Source: an uncultured delta proteobacterium (GTDB taxonomy: Bacteria; Desulfobacterota; Binatia; DP-6). From it: a DNA stretch of 64,000 nt. Position 1 is the stretch's first letter. Every line of letters begins with the position of its first letter. A model generated the notes under the pieces. That model searched no databases. It saw only the letters and a list, made by a program, of their open reading frames with translations, and was not told where the DNA came from. The translations under genes were made by a program, and so were the position numbers. The stretch lies in the NCBI GenBank assembly GCA_963815115.1, contig CAWFFN010000005.1:1344001-1408000 (forward strand). The letters are read 5' to 3'. Below, one piece after another: positions 44,832-56,279 of the stretch.

Positions 44832-45545
44832 GGCTCGGCTCCTCGGGCAGCAGACTGCGACCCGCGGAGTGGGCTGTCAATCTCTTCCGCGAGCGCCCTC
44901 AGACCCGCGCGAGGGTGTAGCTGAGCGCGCCGAGCAGCGAGCCCCGCTGGCCGACCTGCGCGGCTTCGGGGAAGCTCGCGGCGCGCATCAGAACTCGCCA
45001 GCCCGTCGTCGCCGTTCGCGCGCAGGCTTTCCGCGCGGTGCACGAGCCGGGCAAGCAGCGCGCCGAGGCCATGAAGCAGCAGAAGAAGCTCGATCGTGCT
45101 TTCAAGTGGCAGGCAACCGCCAAGCACGACGATTTCGAACGACTCCGAGCGAAGTGCGCCGACAGGCGCGCGCGTGAGTGACTGCGTGGGCACGGCGGAG
45201 GCTCAGCGTCATTTCTGTCGCTTGTCGTGGGACGCTGCGCATGGCGGTGAGGGAACAGCCCAAGAGTCTCTCCCCGGTGCGTTGTGCCCTGAACACAGCC
45301 GTGTAGTGCTCCCCCCGGTCAAGCCACACGTTGAAGTTGTTGCGCACGATATGGCGCGGCTGAGATGCTGAGATAGCCGAGCGCCTGGTGCGGACGGCCG
45401 CTACACCAGATCGAGCGCAGCGACACCTTCGACTCGTCGGTCGGCATCCGCTGGCGGTGCGCGGAGAACGTCGTGCTCTCGGCGAACGCGCTGGTGCCCC
45501 TCAATCGTAAGGGACTCCAGGCCGACTTCATCCCGACCCTGGAGG

Positions 45546-45638
45546 GCAGATAGGCGCGATGAAGGGCCTTTTTCCGCGAAGGCTTAGAGAACGCCCCCTG
45601 CTCCGACGTTCGCTGAGTTTTCGCCTGCTCCGTCACAG
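45546..45638 (+). repeat. Diverged 90-bp element copy
   Basis: GCAGATAGGCGCGATGAAGGGCCTTTT...GAACGCCCC...TTTTCGCCTGCTCCGTCACA. Confidence 0.8.
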
Positions 45639-46556
45639 AGCAGCGGCGGGGGGCAGCGTTTCGGCGTAGGCTACAGATGAGCTACGCTATCATCTGGACG
45701 CAGCGCTGCCGCAGTCGCCAAGTTACTGACGTCGCCGTCATTCATCGCCGCAGATCGGCGTCGGTGTAGTCGGGCTCGTGGTCGCCGTAGGCCCTGGCGA
45801 GCGCCTCGCGGGCGATCACCGGCCAGTCGGCGGCAGCATGGCCGGCATCTCCCGGAGCGAGGGTCACCATGAGCGGGGTGTTCGGAGGATCTCGAACGGC
45901 TCGTCCAGGAGGAGGTGCTGTCCGTCGTAGTGCGCCTTGAGGGTGACCGCCGGCATGGTGACGCGAGGGATACGCCGCGTCGGCCGTGAGCAGCGACCCC
46001 TCCGCGCCGGACAGGCCGACACGCCCAAGTGGCGCGAGGGCTTCTCAGCCATGTGCGGCTATTGTGCAGGAGTCGGGCTGACTGGACCGGCACCCAGCCG
46101 GGCGATCGTTTCCCGCTTCACCTTGGCCCCTGCCCCGCATGCCGTATTGCTCCCCGCTCGACGGAGTCGGCACGAGCGACGGTCCAGGGAAGACGGCGCC
46201 TGCAGGAGCGCCGTCCGGTGCTACGGGCGTCAGGCCGACCGGCGCGCCTGCCGGAGGTCGACGACCAGCTCCAGGTCGGGAGCCCCGGCGATCCGACGAA
46301 GGGTATCCAAGCTCGGCGTCACGCCTTCGGCTTCGAGCCGAGCGAGGCGGGCTGAGAGGTGTCGATGCGAGCGGCCAGCTCTGCGTGTGTGACGCCGCGA
46401 CGTTCACGTCGCCGGCCGAACACGCTTGGCGATCTCGAACGCCCCTTGGCCTGTCGATAACCGGCCCGGCGTGGAACCGACTCGCGCCGTTCCTGCTTGA
46501 TCGTTGCCCAGCGGCGCCGCGCCGGCCCCATGGAGCCTCCGGATCGAACGCGAAAG

Positions 46557-47090
46557 TCAGTGGGCAATTGGAGAGTCTGTTGGTGTAGTCTCGATGGGCT
46601 CGCTCCGAGTTGCCAGTCCCAGCACTTGGTCCACGTGCACCTCGAACCGACTGGCCCACACGAGACCCAGGCCATACGAATCGATCGACACCTTCGACCA
46701 CCCCTCGGCGTTGCGCGGGAAGCAGTAGACGCTCGCGAACGACGACAGATCTGCCTCGTACCGCCGGTCGTCGCTGGCCTCAATCAGGACGCGCATGTAG
46801 GCGGGCGTTGTGACCGAGCGAATCAGCGGAGTGGGGGTACCCATGGAACCTCCTTGCCAGAGCTCGCAGCTTCCCACGCTGCACGAAGTTCAGGGCCGCG
46901 CTCCTGACACCACTCGGTGACGAGACGATTGGCACGTGAGCCGAGATCTCCCTCGAGGCGGGTGCCCTGGAGATCGAAGACCGCCTCCTCGCCGCCGACC
47001 TGGCGTGAAAATGTGGCCTTCGGTGCTTCTGAACGTCGAGCCAGTACATGTAGATCACGATCCCGAAGAACTCCGAGATGCGCGGCAACC
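46557..47090 (-). pseudogene. DUF4160/DUF2442-type TA pair; DUF4160 gene frameshifted
   Basis: PRISEFFGIVIYMY...HRRPHFHA, followed by a DUF2442-like ORF (46557-46844). Confidence 0.7.
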
Positions 47091-47099
47091 TTCACCTCC

Positions 47100-47891
47100 A
47101 GTCAGTGCCACCTGGAGACCGCGAACATCAAGCTCGCCAGTGTCGTCACGGACGTGCTCGGGGTGTCGGCGCGGGCGATGCTCAAGGCGCTGATCGCGGG
47201 GGACCGGCAGCGCCCGAGAGCCCTGGCCGAGCTGGCCCAGCGGCGGATGCGCCGGAAGCGCGCGGCCCTCGGGGAGGCCCTCACCGGGTGGGTCTCCGCC
47301 CATCACCGCTTCCTGCTCGAGCAGCTCCTGCGCCACGTCGAGTTCCTCGACGAGGCGATCGCCACCTGCGATCGCCACATCGAGACGCTCACCGTGGCCG
47401 ATGCGGACGCACTCGCTCGGCTCGACACGATTCCCGGCGTCGCGCGCCGGACAGCCGAGGTGATCGCCGCCGAGCTCGGCTGCGACATGACGCGCTTCCC
47501 GACCGCCGGCCATGCCGCCTCATGGGCCGGCCTCTGCCCGGGCAACCACGAAAGCGCCGGGAAGCGCCTGAGCGGCCGCACCCGCTTCGCCAACCGGACG
47601 CTACGCGCGGCGCTCGTCGAGAGCGCCCGCGGCGCTGTCCGCACACGCGACTGCTACCTCGCGCCCCAGTACCGGCGCCTGGCCAAGCGCCGGGGCGACA
47701 AGAAGGCCATCGTCGCCGTCGCCCACAGCATCCTCGTGATCGCGTACCACGTCCTGCGGGACGGCCAGTCGTACCGCGAGCTGGGCGGCGGCTACTTCGA
47801 TCGTCTCAACACGGACCGCCTCACGCGCTATCACTCCAAGCGGCTGGCCGCCCTTGGCTACACGGGGACCCTCGCCAAGGATGCGGCTTGA
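47100..47891 (+). pseudogene. IS110 transposase C-terminal half
   Basis: ANIKLASVV, TIPGV, SWAGLCPGNHESAGK and KAIVAVAH motifs. Confidence 0.85.
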
Positions 47892-47969
47892 ACCGCACCT
47901 TTTTCGTAGTATCGAAGTCGATTGCGAACGCCCGCCTTTCGCCGTACGATCCATGGGTCGGACGCGAAG

Positions 47970-49454
47970 ATGCGGTTTCAAATCGTCTCTCACGCCGGTC
48001 TGCTGGTCGAAGGCTCCGGAGTCCGGCTGCTGTTCGATCCATGGATCCTGGGCAGCACGTACTGGCGCTCCTGGTGGAACTATCCCCCCGTGACGCGCGC
48101 CCTGATCGAGAGCCTCAAACCGGATTACATCTACCTGACCCATACGCACTGGGACCACTTCCAGGGTCCCTCGCTGCGAAAGTTCGGCAAGGACCAGAAA
48201 ATCCTGGTTCCGCGCTCGCCCAACAGGCGGATGTGCCGGGTATCGAAGCAGATGGGCTTCACTAGCGTCACCGAGATCGACCACGGAACGTCGCTGCAGC
48301 TGGCTCCGGACTTCCGCATCAGCAGCTACCAGTTCAATCTCTTCATGGACAGCGCTCTGGTCGTGGAGACCGAAGGGGTGACGCTGCTCAACGCCAACGA
48401 TTCCAAGTTCATGGGCGAGCCTCTCGGCCAGATCCTGCGCACGCACGGCGGAATCGACTTCGTGTTTCGCAGCCACAGCTCGGCCAACTCGCGGTTGTGC
48501 TACGAGATCATCGATGACCCGACCGAAGTCGTCGATGATATCGAGCGGTACGTGACGGACTTCGCGAACTTCGCGGTCGCCTCCGGCTCCCGCTACGCTA
48601 TTCCTTTCGCCAGCAATCATTGCCATCTGCACAAGGATGTGTTCCGCTTCAACGACCTCGTGATGACCCCGCAACGCGTCGTGGAGTACTTCGAGCGCAA
48701 GGGCATCCGCACCCCCGAAGTCAAGATCATGGTTTCGGGCGACTCCTGGTCGAGCGACGGCGGCTTCGACGTGCCGCCGAACGACTTCTTCGAGAACCGC
48801 GATCGACATCTGGCGCAGTACCTGGAGCAGAAACGCGACGTGCTGGAGAAGTTCTATGCCCAGGAGGCGAGCTCCACGCTGACGGTCAAGCAGGTGGACA
48901 ACTACTTCAAGAAGTTCACCGCGGCGATCCCGTGGGTCGTCCGTCGCCGTTACAAGGACCGCCCGATCTGCTACGTGTTGAGCGCGGGAGAGCGCAAGCT
49001 GCTGTTCGAGGTCGACATCTACCGGCGCACCGTTCGGGAGTTGGAGCGGTTCACCGATGCGTCGCACCCGATGCAGATCCACACGTCGGTTTTCATCCTG
49101 AAGCAGTGCATGGGTCTCGATCTGTTTTCCCATCTGGCGATCAGCAAGCGCGTGCGCTACCGGGTGACCTCGGCTCGCAAGAAGTACATCGTGTTGCTCA
49201 ACCTACTGTTTAACGGCTACGAGTACGAGATGCTCCCGTTGCAACGCATGCTCAGCCGCCGCTTCGTCGGCGTTTGGCTTCGACGCTGGCGCGAGTGGGC
49301 ACTGTACGTGCGGATTGCGTTGAGCTTGACGCTGCGCCGAAAGTTCGACATGGCGGACTATCTCCCCGCGGCCCGTCCCAAGCTCGAACCCTCGGCGACC
49401 CGGGCTCGACGTGCACAAGGCGAGCGTCACGGCGTGTCTCCGCTCGCCCGGTGA
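47970..49454 (+). CDS. MBL-fold metallo-hydrolase (UlaG / CMP-Neu5Ac hydroxylase-like)
   Basis: SHAGLLVE, DPWI-GS, THTHWDH, MDSAL, NANDSK and IPFAS motifs; the C-terminus runs into an IS110 remnant. Confidence 0.75.
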   Translation: MRFQIVSHAGLLVEGSGVRLLFDPWILGSTYWRSWWNYPPVTRALIESLKPDYIYLTHTHWDHFQGPSLRKFGKDQKILVPRSPNRRMCRVSKQMGFTSVTEIDHGTSLQLAPDFRISSYQFNLFMDSALVVETEGVTLLNANDSKFMGEPLGQILRTHGGIDFVFRSHSSANSRLCYEIIDDPTEVVDDIERYVTDFANFAVASGSRYAIPFASNHCHLHKDVFRFNDLVMTPQRVVEYFERKGIRTPEVKIMVSGDSWSSDGGFDVPPNDFFENRDRHLAQYLEQKRDVLEKFYAQEASSTLTVKQVDNYFKKFTAAIPWVVRRRYKDRPICYVLSAGERKLLFEVDIYRRTVRELERFTDASHPMQIHTSVFILKQCMGLDLFSHLAISKRVRYRVTSARKKYIVLLNLLFNGYEYEMLPLQRMLSRRFVGVWLRRWREWALYVRIALSLTLRRKFDMADYLPAARPKLEPSATRARRAQGERHGVSPLAR

Positions 49455-49640
49455 CGGGGCCCAGCGCCGCGAGGAGGTGCGGATGTTCGGCACCACGACG
49501 CACGAGCGCCGGCTGCACGCACGTCGCGCTGGAGTCGACGGGCGTCTGCTGGCGGCCGGTCTACAACCTCCTCGAGGGGCGCGTCGCGCTGGTGCTGGTG
49601 AACGCCCAGCACGTCAAAATGGTGCCGGGCCGCAAGACGG
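49400..49640 (+). pseudogene. IS110 transposase N-terminal fragment
   Basis: GLDVHKASVTAC...VALESTGVCWRPVYNLLE...VPGRKT. Confidence 0.8.
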
Positions 49641-49805
49641 GCCCCTCGCAGAAGCTGTCCGGACACTCGGCGCTGTGCGTGCATGGATTCCCCGCGTTGG
49701 AGCCGCCGAAGCAGACGAGGCCACCGCAGTCCGGCGGATCGGCGCAGGCCGTCTGGCACCGGCTCTCGAACCTCTTGCGCGCCGTCTCGTAGCAGCCGGA
49801 CGTCG

Positions 49806-49894
49806 GCCGATAGGAGCGATGAACGGGGTTTTGCGAAGGTTTACGGAACGCCCCATCCCGGACCTTCGCCGCATTTTCGCCCGCTCCGTAACAA
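49806..49894 (+). repeat. 90-bp element copy
   Basis: Identical to 58431-58519. Confidence 0.95.
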
Positions 49895-49990
49895 CGGGAG
49901 TTCGGCTCTCCTCGGCACTTTTTCCGCTTGCCATTGAATGGTGTGGATCGATCGATTCAGCGACTCAACAGTGAGCCAGTGCCAGTAGAG

Positions 49991-50775
49991 TCACTGCGTC
50001 TCTGAGGCCGGCTCGACTGTCACTGGCACCGTGACGACGACCCCGGCGTTCCGCACGAGGACGTTCGCTGCCCCGACCGTCATCGACCTGATATCCCCGG
50101 ACTCGGAAACAGTCACGATGCGGCTGTCGCTCGAGGTGTACGTCGTGGCCTTTGCGGAGTGGACATCGCGATCCACACCGTCGCTGTAGTGCCCGACGAC
50201 ATAGAGGGTCTGCTCGTCGTCAGGCCCGCGAAGCCTGACGCTCGGCGGTGCGATCTTCAACGATTCCAGCGTCGCAGACGGCACCACTTCGAGCGTCCGT
50301 TCGATCGGCATGGCGAGAGCTCCGGAGGCATCCTCGGGCACGATGACGATCCCGAATTTCCCAGCGGCGTCCGCCGGCACCTTGATCCGGACCGTAGCTG
50401 GCAGCGCCGTCACCTCAGCGACCTGCGGGTCACCCAGACTCATCACGCTCACGCTACCGATAGTGGGACCCGGGAGACTCACCAGGCTCACCTCGACGAC
50501 GTCCCCCGGCGCTACGACATGACCGTTCTTTGGACTCTGGACCGCGACGAGCCGACTGGTGGTCTCACCTGGCAGAATTGGAATCATGTGGCGTTGCGCT
50601 GGCGGACTCGCCGCGAACCCGCTCCGAGGAATCGATGCCACGCCCGGTATGGCCGCCAGGCAGACGAGGAGCCGCAGAACCGGCCTAGTCACATGACATC
50701 TGCTACGTCTACGTGCTTGCGCTCTCGTACCCACGGTCTCCCCTCGCGTGCGGTGATCCTCGTACTCTGACGACA
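49991..50775 (-). CDS. Secreted Ig-like (Big_2) domain protein; start uncertain
   Basis: Hydrophobic leader; YSDG...YTSSDSRIVTVS-G...GAANV. Confidence 0.6.
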
Positions 50776-51111
50776 TATCGCTCCCAAGCGTGTCACGAGT
50801 CTCTGGCCTCTGAGGGAGCCGCCTCCACCTCGCCCCGCGCTGGTCCCTGGGGGCCCGACCCGGAGGAACACGAATCACGGCGCTGCTTGCGGACGTACGT
50901 CGTGCCAAGCGGTACGAAACCACGGACGGCGCCCGCCTCCGCCGGGTCGTCTGAACGCCGTGATCTCTGCAACGCGGCTTCTGAGGATGGTCGCGATCTC
51001 CCCGGTGGGGCAGCTGCCGGGGCGCACCTAGATGACCTTTGGCAGATGGGCGACATGAAGCAGATAGGCGACCTGAAGGCCCTTTTTCGCAAAAGGTGAC
51101 GGAAAGGGTCT

Positions 51112-52600
51112 GGTACGAAACTGATCGGCACACCTCAAGCGGCGGGCCGCAGTTCGACGGCGTAGCCGAGTTGGGTGAGGCGGCGCACGAGGCGGGCGGC
51201 GACGCGGCGCTTGTCGCGGCGGTCGAAGTAGTGAGCGCCGAGGTCGCAGTAGTTGGTCGCGGCGCGCAGCATGTGGTAGGCGGCCACGAGCATCGAGGCG
51301 GCCACCGCGATGATGGCTTGCTTCGGCCCGCGCCGCGCCTTGAGGCGCACGTACTGCGCCTGGACGTAGGAGTCCTTCACCTTGATGGCGGCCCAGGCCG
51401 CTTGGACGAGCGCGGTCTTGAGCCACCGGCCGCCCTTGCGGACGCGGACAGAGCGGCGCTTGCCGGCGCTCTCGTCGAGGCGGGGGCAGAGGCCGGCCCA
51501 CGCCACCAGGTGCCCAGCCGTGGCAAACCGCGTCATGTCGCGGCCGATCTCGGCGCGCAGGCTATGCGCCGTCGTCGGGCTGATCCCGGGGATGGTCGTG
51601 AGCCGCTCGACGACGAGCGCAAAGGGGGCGCGCGCATGGGTGATGCGCTCTTCGACCTCCGCGATGGCGTGATCGAGCTGGGCCCTGCGCTCGAGGTGGA
51701 GGCGCCACTCGAACCGATGGTAGTCGGTGACCGTCCCGTGCAGCGCCGCGGTCAGCGCGGCCCGCGGGGCCTGGACCCGGGTGGGGACCAGCGCGGCCAG
51801 GCGCGCCGGGTCCGTCTCCCCGTCCACCCGTGCCGCCAGGATCGCGCGCCCCGCGCTGCCGAACACGTCCGCCAACACGGTGGCGAGCTTGAGGGTGGCG
51901 TCCTCCAAGACCTTGTGGACGCGCTGCGCGTGCCGGGTATGCTCGCGCACGAGTTGCGTCCGGGTCCGCGTGAGCCCCCGGAGCTCCTGCGTCGCCGCGG
52001 CGGGCACGAAGCTCGGCCGGATCAGGCCATGCGCGAGCAGATCCGCCAACCACGCCGCATCGCGGACGGCGCTCTTGCGCCCAGGCACGTTGCGCACCGC
52101 GGTCGCATGGGCGAGGACGAGTTCGACGGACCCGGCCAGGACGTGCCAGACGGGCTTCCAGTACACCCCGGTCGACTCCATCACGACGTGGGTGACCTCG
52201 TGCGTGCGCAGCCAGTCCCCGAGCGCGAGCAGGTCCCGCGTGCACGTCCCGAACTCCCGGGTCTCCCGGCGCACCGCCTTCCGCGTGGCGCGTCGCACGC
52301 AGGCGACGACCGTCGCTTGATGCACGTCGCGGCCGGCACAGCGGGCAGGCCACACCTCCATCGTGTGGCCCTCCTTCTGCGACGGCGGCGCGGGCCCCGC
52401 GTCATCGAAGCCTGGGACGCGTGCTCTGGCGACAGCGACGTCGCCGTGGCGACAGTCCGGGGTGCTCGCAAGGTCCCTGGCTCAAACTTATCGACGGGCT
52501 CGGAGGCACCACTCCATTTCCCGAGCTCTCCGCCGCCGTGGCGTTCCAGCGTACCACGGTTTCGTGCGCCAGGGTGGGGCCGCAGGGGCCATGAGCAACT
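51112..52600 (-). mobile_element. IS110-group element (transposase 51135-52361) with ~240-bp 5' non-coding region
   Basis: Full-length ORF with DVH, MESTG, TIPGI and AGLCP..ESAG motifs; CT dinucleotide at both boundaries; the KTD position reads KSA, so it is probably inactive. Confidence 0.85.
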
Positions 52601-52629
52601 TATCCGACGCATCTCGGCGCTCCGAAGGA

Positions 52630-52845
52630 TAGGAAGATGTCGCGGCCCGCCGGTGTCTTGAGGTCGAGGGTCATGCTGCGCTTGTTGCGCGCCAGGAACG
52701 GGATGCCCATGCCGAAGGGGTCGCGCGGCGCGGTCAGCACGAGCACGTCCATGCCGAGATCGGCGAGAAGCGTCGAGCAGAACGGCCCCGGCAGCTGCCG
52801 GGACAGGTCGAGCATCTTGAACCGGCCGAGAGGGAGCGTGGGCAT
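52630..52845 (-). pseudogene. CaiB/BaiF CoA-transferase N-terminal fragment
   Basis: LDLSRQLPGPFCSTLLADLG...RNKRSMTLDLK. Confidence 0.8.
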
Positions 52846-52936
52846 GCGTGTCCCGCGTCTTAGCAAAGCCCGCTCGGCGAAGGCCAGCAGCGCGCACAGC
52901 GGGGGGCCGGCCTCGTGTGGCCGGCGAGATCCGTCG

Positions 52937-53389
52937 TCAGGGAATGGCGGGCACCGTGTCGCAGTCGAGGATGGTGAACGTGGCCGAGATGCCGGGGGCC
53001 AGCCCGGACCCGGTGTCACCCGGATTCAACTTCCCGCTGTTCGGCCGGAAGACCGCGGTGTAGTGCGACGGAGGAAGGCTGCTGATGGCGGCCCCGCCGA
53101 TCCCCACGCTGACCTCGGGGACGTCGATCGCGATGGCCGCGAACGTGCCCGCCGCGTTCATCACCAAGATGGCGGTGGCCGGGCTCGCCTGACCGAACCG
53201 GTCGATGCGCTGGCCGGGTGAGAAGCTCACGGCGCGCTTCTTGAGCTTCAGCTTCGGCAGCAGGAACTGCGCCGAGCCCGGGCTCACGCCGACGCAGAAC
53301 TCCGCGCGCGCGGGCCAGGGGGAAAGCGCACCCACCAGCAAGGAGGAGAGCAGGCTCGCGGTCATGGTCGATCGATGTCGCCAGGTCAT
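52937..53389 (-). CDS. Secreted hypothetical protein
   Basis: Signal peptide ending ARA; one Cys near each end of the mature chain. Confidence 0.55.
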   Translation of the reverse strand: MTWRHRSTMTASLLSSLLVGALSPWPARAEFCVGVSPGSAQFLLPKLKLKKRAVSFSPGQRIDRFGQASPATAILVMNAAGTFAAIAIDVPEVSVGIGGAAISSLPPSHYTAVFRPNSGKLNPGDTGSGLAPGISATFTILDCDTVPAIP

Positions 53390-53551
53390 CTCCGGTTCCT
53401 TTCACGTGCGGCCGTCGCACGGAGCCAAGCACGCGCGTAGCACGGCCGTCACGTCTCTGGCAAGAAAATCACGATCCCAAATGGACGTCTTGACGCCCGC
53501 CCGACACGGTGTGTGCGATCGGTCTCGAATCGGATGGCGGCTCGGCGATGG

Positions 53552-53641
53552 GCCGATAGGAGCGATGAACGGGGTTTTGCGAAGGTTTACGGAACGCCCC
53601 ATCCCAGACCTTCGCCGCATTTTCGCCCGCTCCGTAACAAG
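53552..53641 (+). repeat. 90-bp element copy
   Basis: 1 mismatch to the copy at 58431. Confidence 0.95.
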
Positions 53642-53792
53642 TCGCGTCGCTCCTTGGCAGGACCAGCGCAGCGACCACGAGCGCGGTCGCCGTCGCCTCT
53701 TTCCAGGATGGCCATCCCATTCCACTGTTCACAATTGTCATGCCGGCCACGTTGAGGAGGGAACCCGGCGATCGCGACGTGCGGTCGATCCG

Positions 53793-53996
53793 CTACTCGC
53801 TACAGCGCTCGACCCAGCGGTGCCCGCACGGGCAGACGCGGTGGAAGTGATCGCCGCGCGCCTCGGCACAGTCACGATCGAAGTTCACCCGGATCAGGCG
53901 GCGGTTCCCGCAGCGAGCGCAGCGGGCGCGCATGTTGGTGAACGGCGGGAGGTCTGCTTCCTCGACGGGCGCGGTCGTCATGGGCGCGTCTACCAC
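53793..53996 (-). CDS. Small Zn-ribbon protein
   Basis: CARC...CPCGH. Confidence 0.4.
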   Translation of the reverse strand: MVDAPMTTAPVEEADLPPFTNMRARCARCGNRRLIRVNFDRDCAEARGDHFHRVCPCGHRWVERCSE

Positions 53997-54668
53997 GGCG
54001 GGGGCGACGACGAGGGGTGTTCACGCCGGCCGCCTGACACGCGCCATGCTGACGCCCGCGTCGCCCGGCTACCGCGACCGCGCCCTGCTGCGCCTCGCAT
54101 GCTGGGCGGTGCATCGTCTGCGGGCGCGCGCCCGCTGCTCGTCGCCGCCGGCCTGGTGCAGATGATCGACGGCGCCCCGTATCTCGAGACCGCGCCGGGC
54201 ACCAAGATCCGCCTGCCCGGCGTGCTCGATGCCCCGCCGCGCTGCGGCGCTTTGGCGCGCTCCTCCTCCTCGCGGTCGAGGAGGCGGGCCTCGCGCCCCG
54301 ACGCGGCACGGTCGCGCCACCGCCCACGGCGACGCCCTTCGTGCGCGCCCAGGCCCGGCGCCGCGCCGCCGCCCGCGTGCTCGCGCGCCGCTGGCTGCTC
54401 GGGGAGCTCGACGGCGAGGTCGTCGTGCCGATCACGGTGGCGTGCAGTGCGCTGGGCCTGGACCCCGAGGCGCTCGCCGATGCCGTCCGCCTGCGGAGCA
54501 CCCGCCCGCTGCGGCAGCCACGCGCCAGCGCGCCCCCCTGCGGCCCCTGGCGGAGCGGCGGCGGGCCGCGTGCGCGCCCGCGCTCCGCCGGCCGGCCGGG
54601 GCGCAGGCCGCCGCCCGGTGAGGGGCGGCGCGCGGGGGAGCACGACGATGCAGAAACAGGCCCGCGGG

Positions 54669-54986
54669 TCAGTGTCCGAGTGCCACGAAGTTCTCGCAGT
54701 CGGCGATTGAGATTATGGTCCCGTCGGCTGCGTAGCCGAGGGGGACCGCGCAATACACTCCCCCAACGTCGGTGAAGACGAAGCCCGGTTGGTCGTACAC
54801 CCCGAGCTCGTGGCACACACACGCGACCTTCATCTTGGCGGGAGTCTTCTGCCCGGGGGTAAATTGGGGAGCGACCTTCCCGATCAGCCTGTTGAACGTG
54901 TCCTGGTCGGTGGCGGCAGCAGGCCTCGCGGTGACCCCCCCCGCCAGCACGGCCAGCAGCCCGAGTGTCCAATACCGATGTGTCAT
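54669..54986 (-). CDS. Small secreted 4-Cys protein
   Basis: GGAGG RBS, signal peptide, CVC...C...C. Confidence 0.55.
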   Translation of the reverse strand: MTHRYWTLGLLAVLAGGVTARPAAATDQDTFNRLIGKVAPQFTPGQKTPAKMKVACVCHELGVYDQPGFVFTDVGGVYCAVPLGYAADGTIISIADCENFVALGH

Positions 54987-55622
54987 TGGCGCATCCTCCT
55001 TACTGTCTCCGGCCGGCGACCTGTTCGTCGGCGTTCACTCCGGGGGCGTTCAAACCGATCGAACAATGTACGGTCCGGGGTCGCGGGCCGGCGCCGCGAC
55101 GGCGGCGACGTGACTGCGGCGCGTCGACGCGGGTCCTTCCCGGTGGCGCCTGGTCGGCGAGGCGACGCCCTGCCAGGGGCGCCTAGCGATAGGCTCGTTG
55201 AATCCTTGACACCCGACGCGGCGCCGGCACCACCCGCGAGGGGTCGCGTGGCGCTCGTCACGCAGGCGAATTACGCGCGCCGTCGGGGCATTAGCCGCGA
55301 GGCGGTGCGGCAACGGGCTGTCACGGCGGGGGGGCCGGTGCCTGTCCACGGGCCACGGAAGTTGCTTGACGTCGCCGAGGCCAACGCCCTGTGGGAAACG
55401 ACCAAGTCGACGGCGGGGGCGTTCCACACCAACGGCACCGGTGTGAGACTGCGGACCTCGGGTCACCTGGAAACCGTCGGGCTAGCCACGCACGCGGATT
55501 CCTCCGGGTCTTGTGCGATGCCCTCGGCCTCAATGCCGGCGTGCTCGCGGCGGCGGTGCGATGCCCGCAAGGTGCAATGACCAGCCTCGCGGTCGTGTGG
55601 TTGCCTGTGAAACAACTACACC

Positions 55623-56267
55623 GTGATGAAGTCACAGCTGACACATCGGTTCATCGGAATTGTGCACACCGACACCAAGTACCAGCTATTCAATCTAATC
55701 AACATGAGCCGAAGCAGGACCCCGGAGCTCAAGTTCACGTTCAAGAACGACGGCGTGTTCCCGGGGCCAGGACCATTGATTCGTCATCGGGGGTTCGAAG
55801 TTACGTATCACGCTGACGCCGCGACCCACTTCAAGGCGGGTGGTAGGTACAATGCGAAGGGTCGCAAGTTACCGGTCGACAGGATTCGCAATCCGTTCGT
55901 CGTGTTTCAGGTCATAGTGCAGAAGTACACGAGTCTGCCGAAATTTGCGGGTGAGATCCGTCGGCCAAACCTTCCAATCCCACTCCAGTTCTTCGACGAC
56001 GGCGTCCAGATTGACGTGTACCTCCATAGTGACGGCGTTCCGGCAACGATGTGGGTAGAGGTGCTGAATTCCGATCCCAGCTTCACGCCAATGTCCGCGA
56101 CCACTTTGAAAGTCCCCTCGTGGAGACTCGGGCTGACGGTCGTGTGCCATTCGATCGATCCCGTGCTTCGCCGCTTGCACGAGCGACACGGACACAACAT
56201 CGTTGGGCTTCCTCGTGGGCTTTCCTCATACGTCCCGAACGGGTCCGGGTTCGGTATCAAGGACTAG
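55623..56267 (+). CDS. Hypothetical protein, lower GC than its surroundings
   Basis: 214-aa ORF with atypical codon usage. Confidence 0.55.
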   Translation: MMKSQLTHRFIGIVHTDTKYQLFNLINMSRSRTPELKFTFKNDGVFPGPGPLIRHRGFEVTYHADAATHFKAGGRYNAKGRKLPVDRIRNPFVVFQVIVQKYTSLPKFAGEIRRPNLPIPLQFFDDGVQIDVYLHSDGVPATMWVEVLNSDPSFTPMSATTLKVPSWRLGLTVVCHSIDPVLRRLHERHGHNIVGLPRGLSSYVPNGSGFGIKD

Positions 56268-56279
56268 GTGATCGCACGG

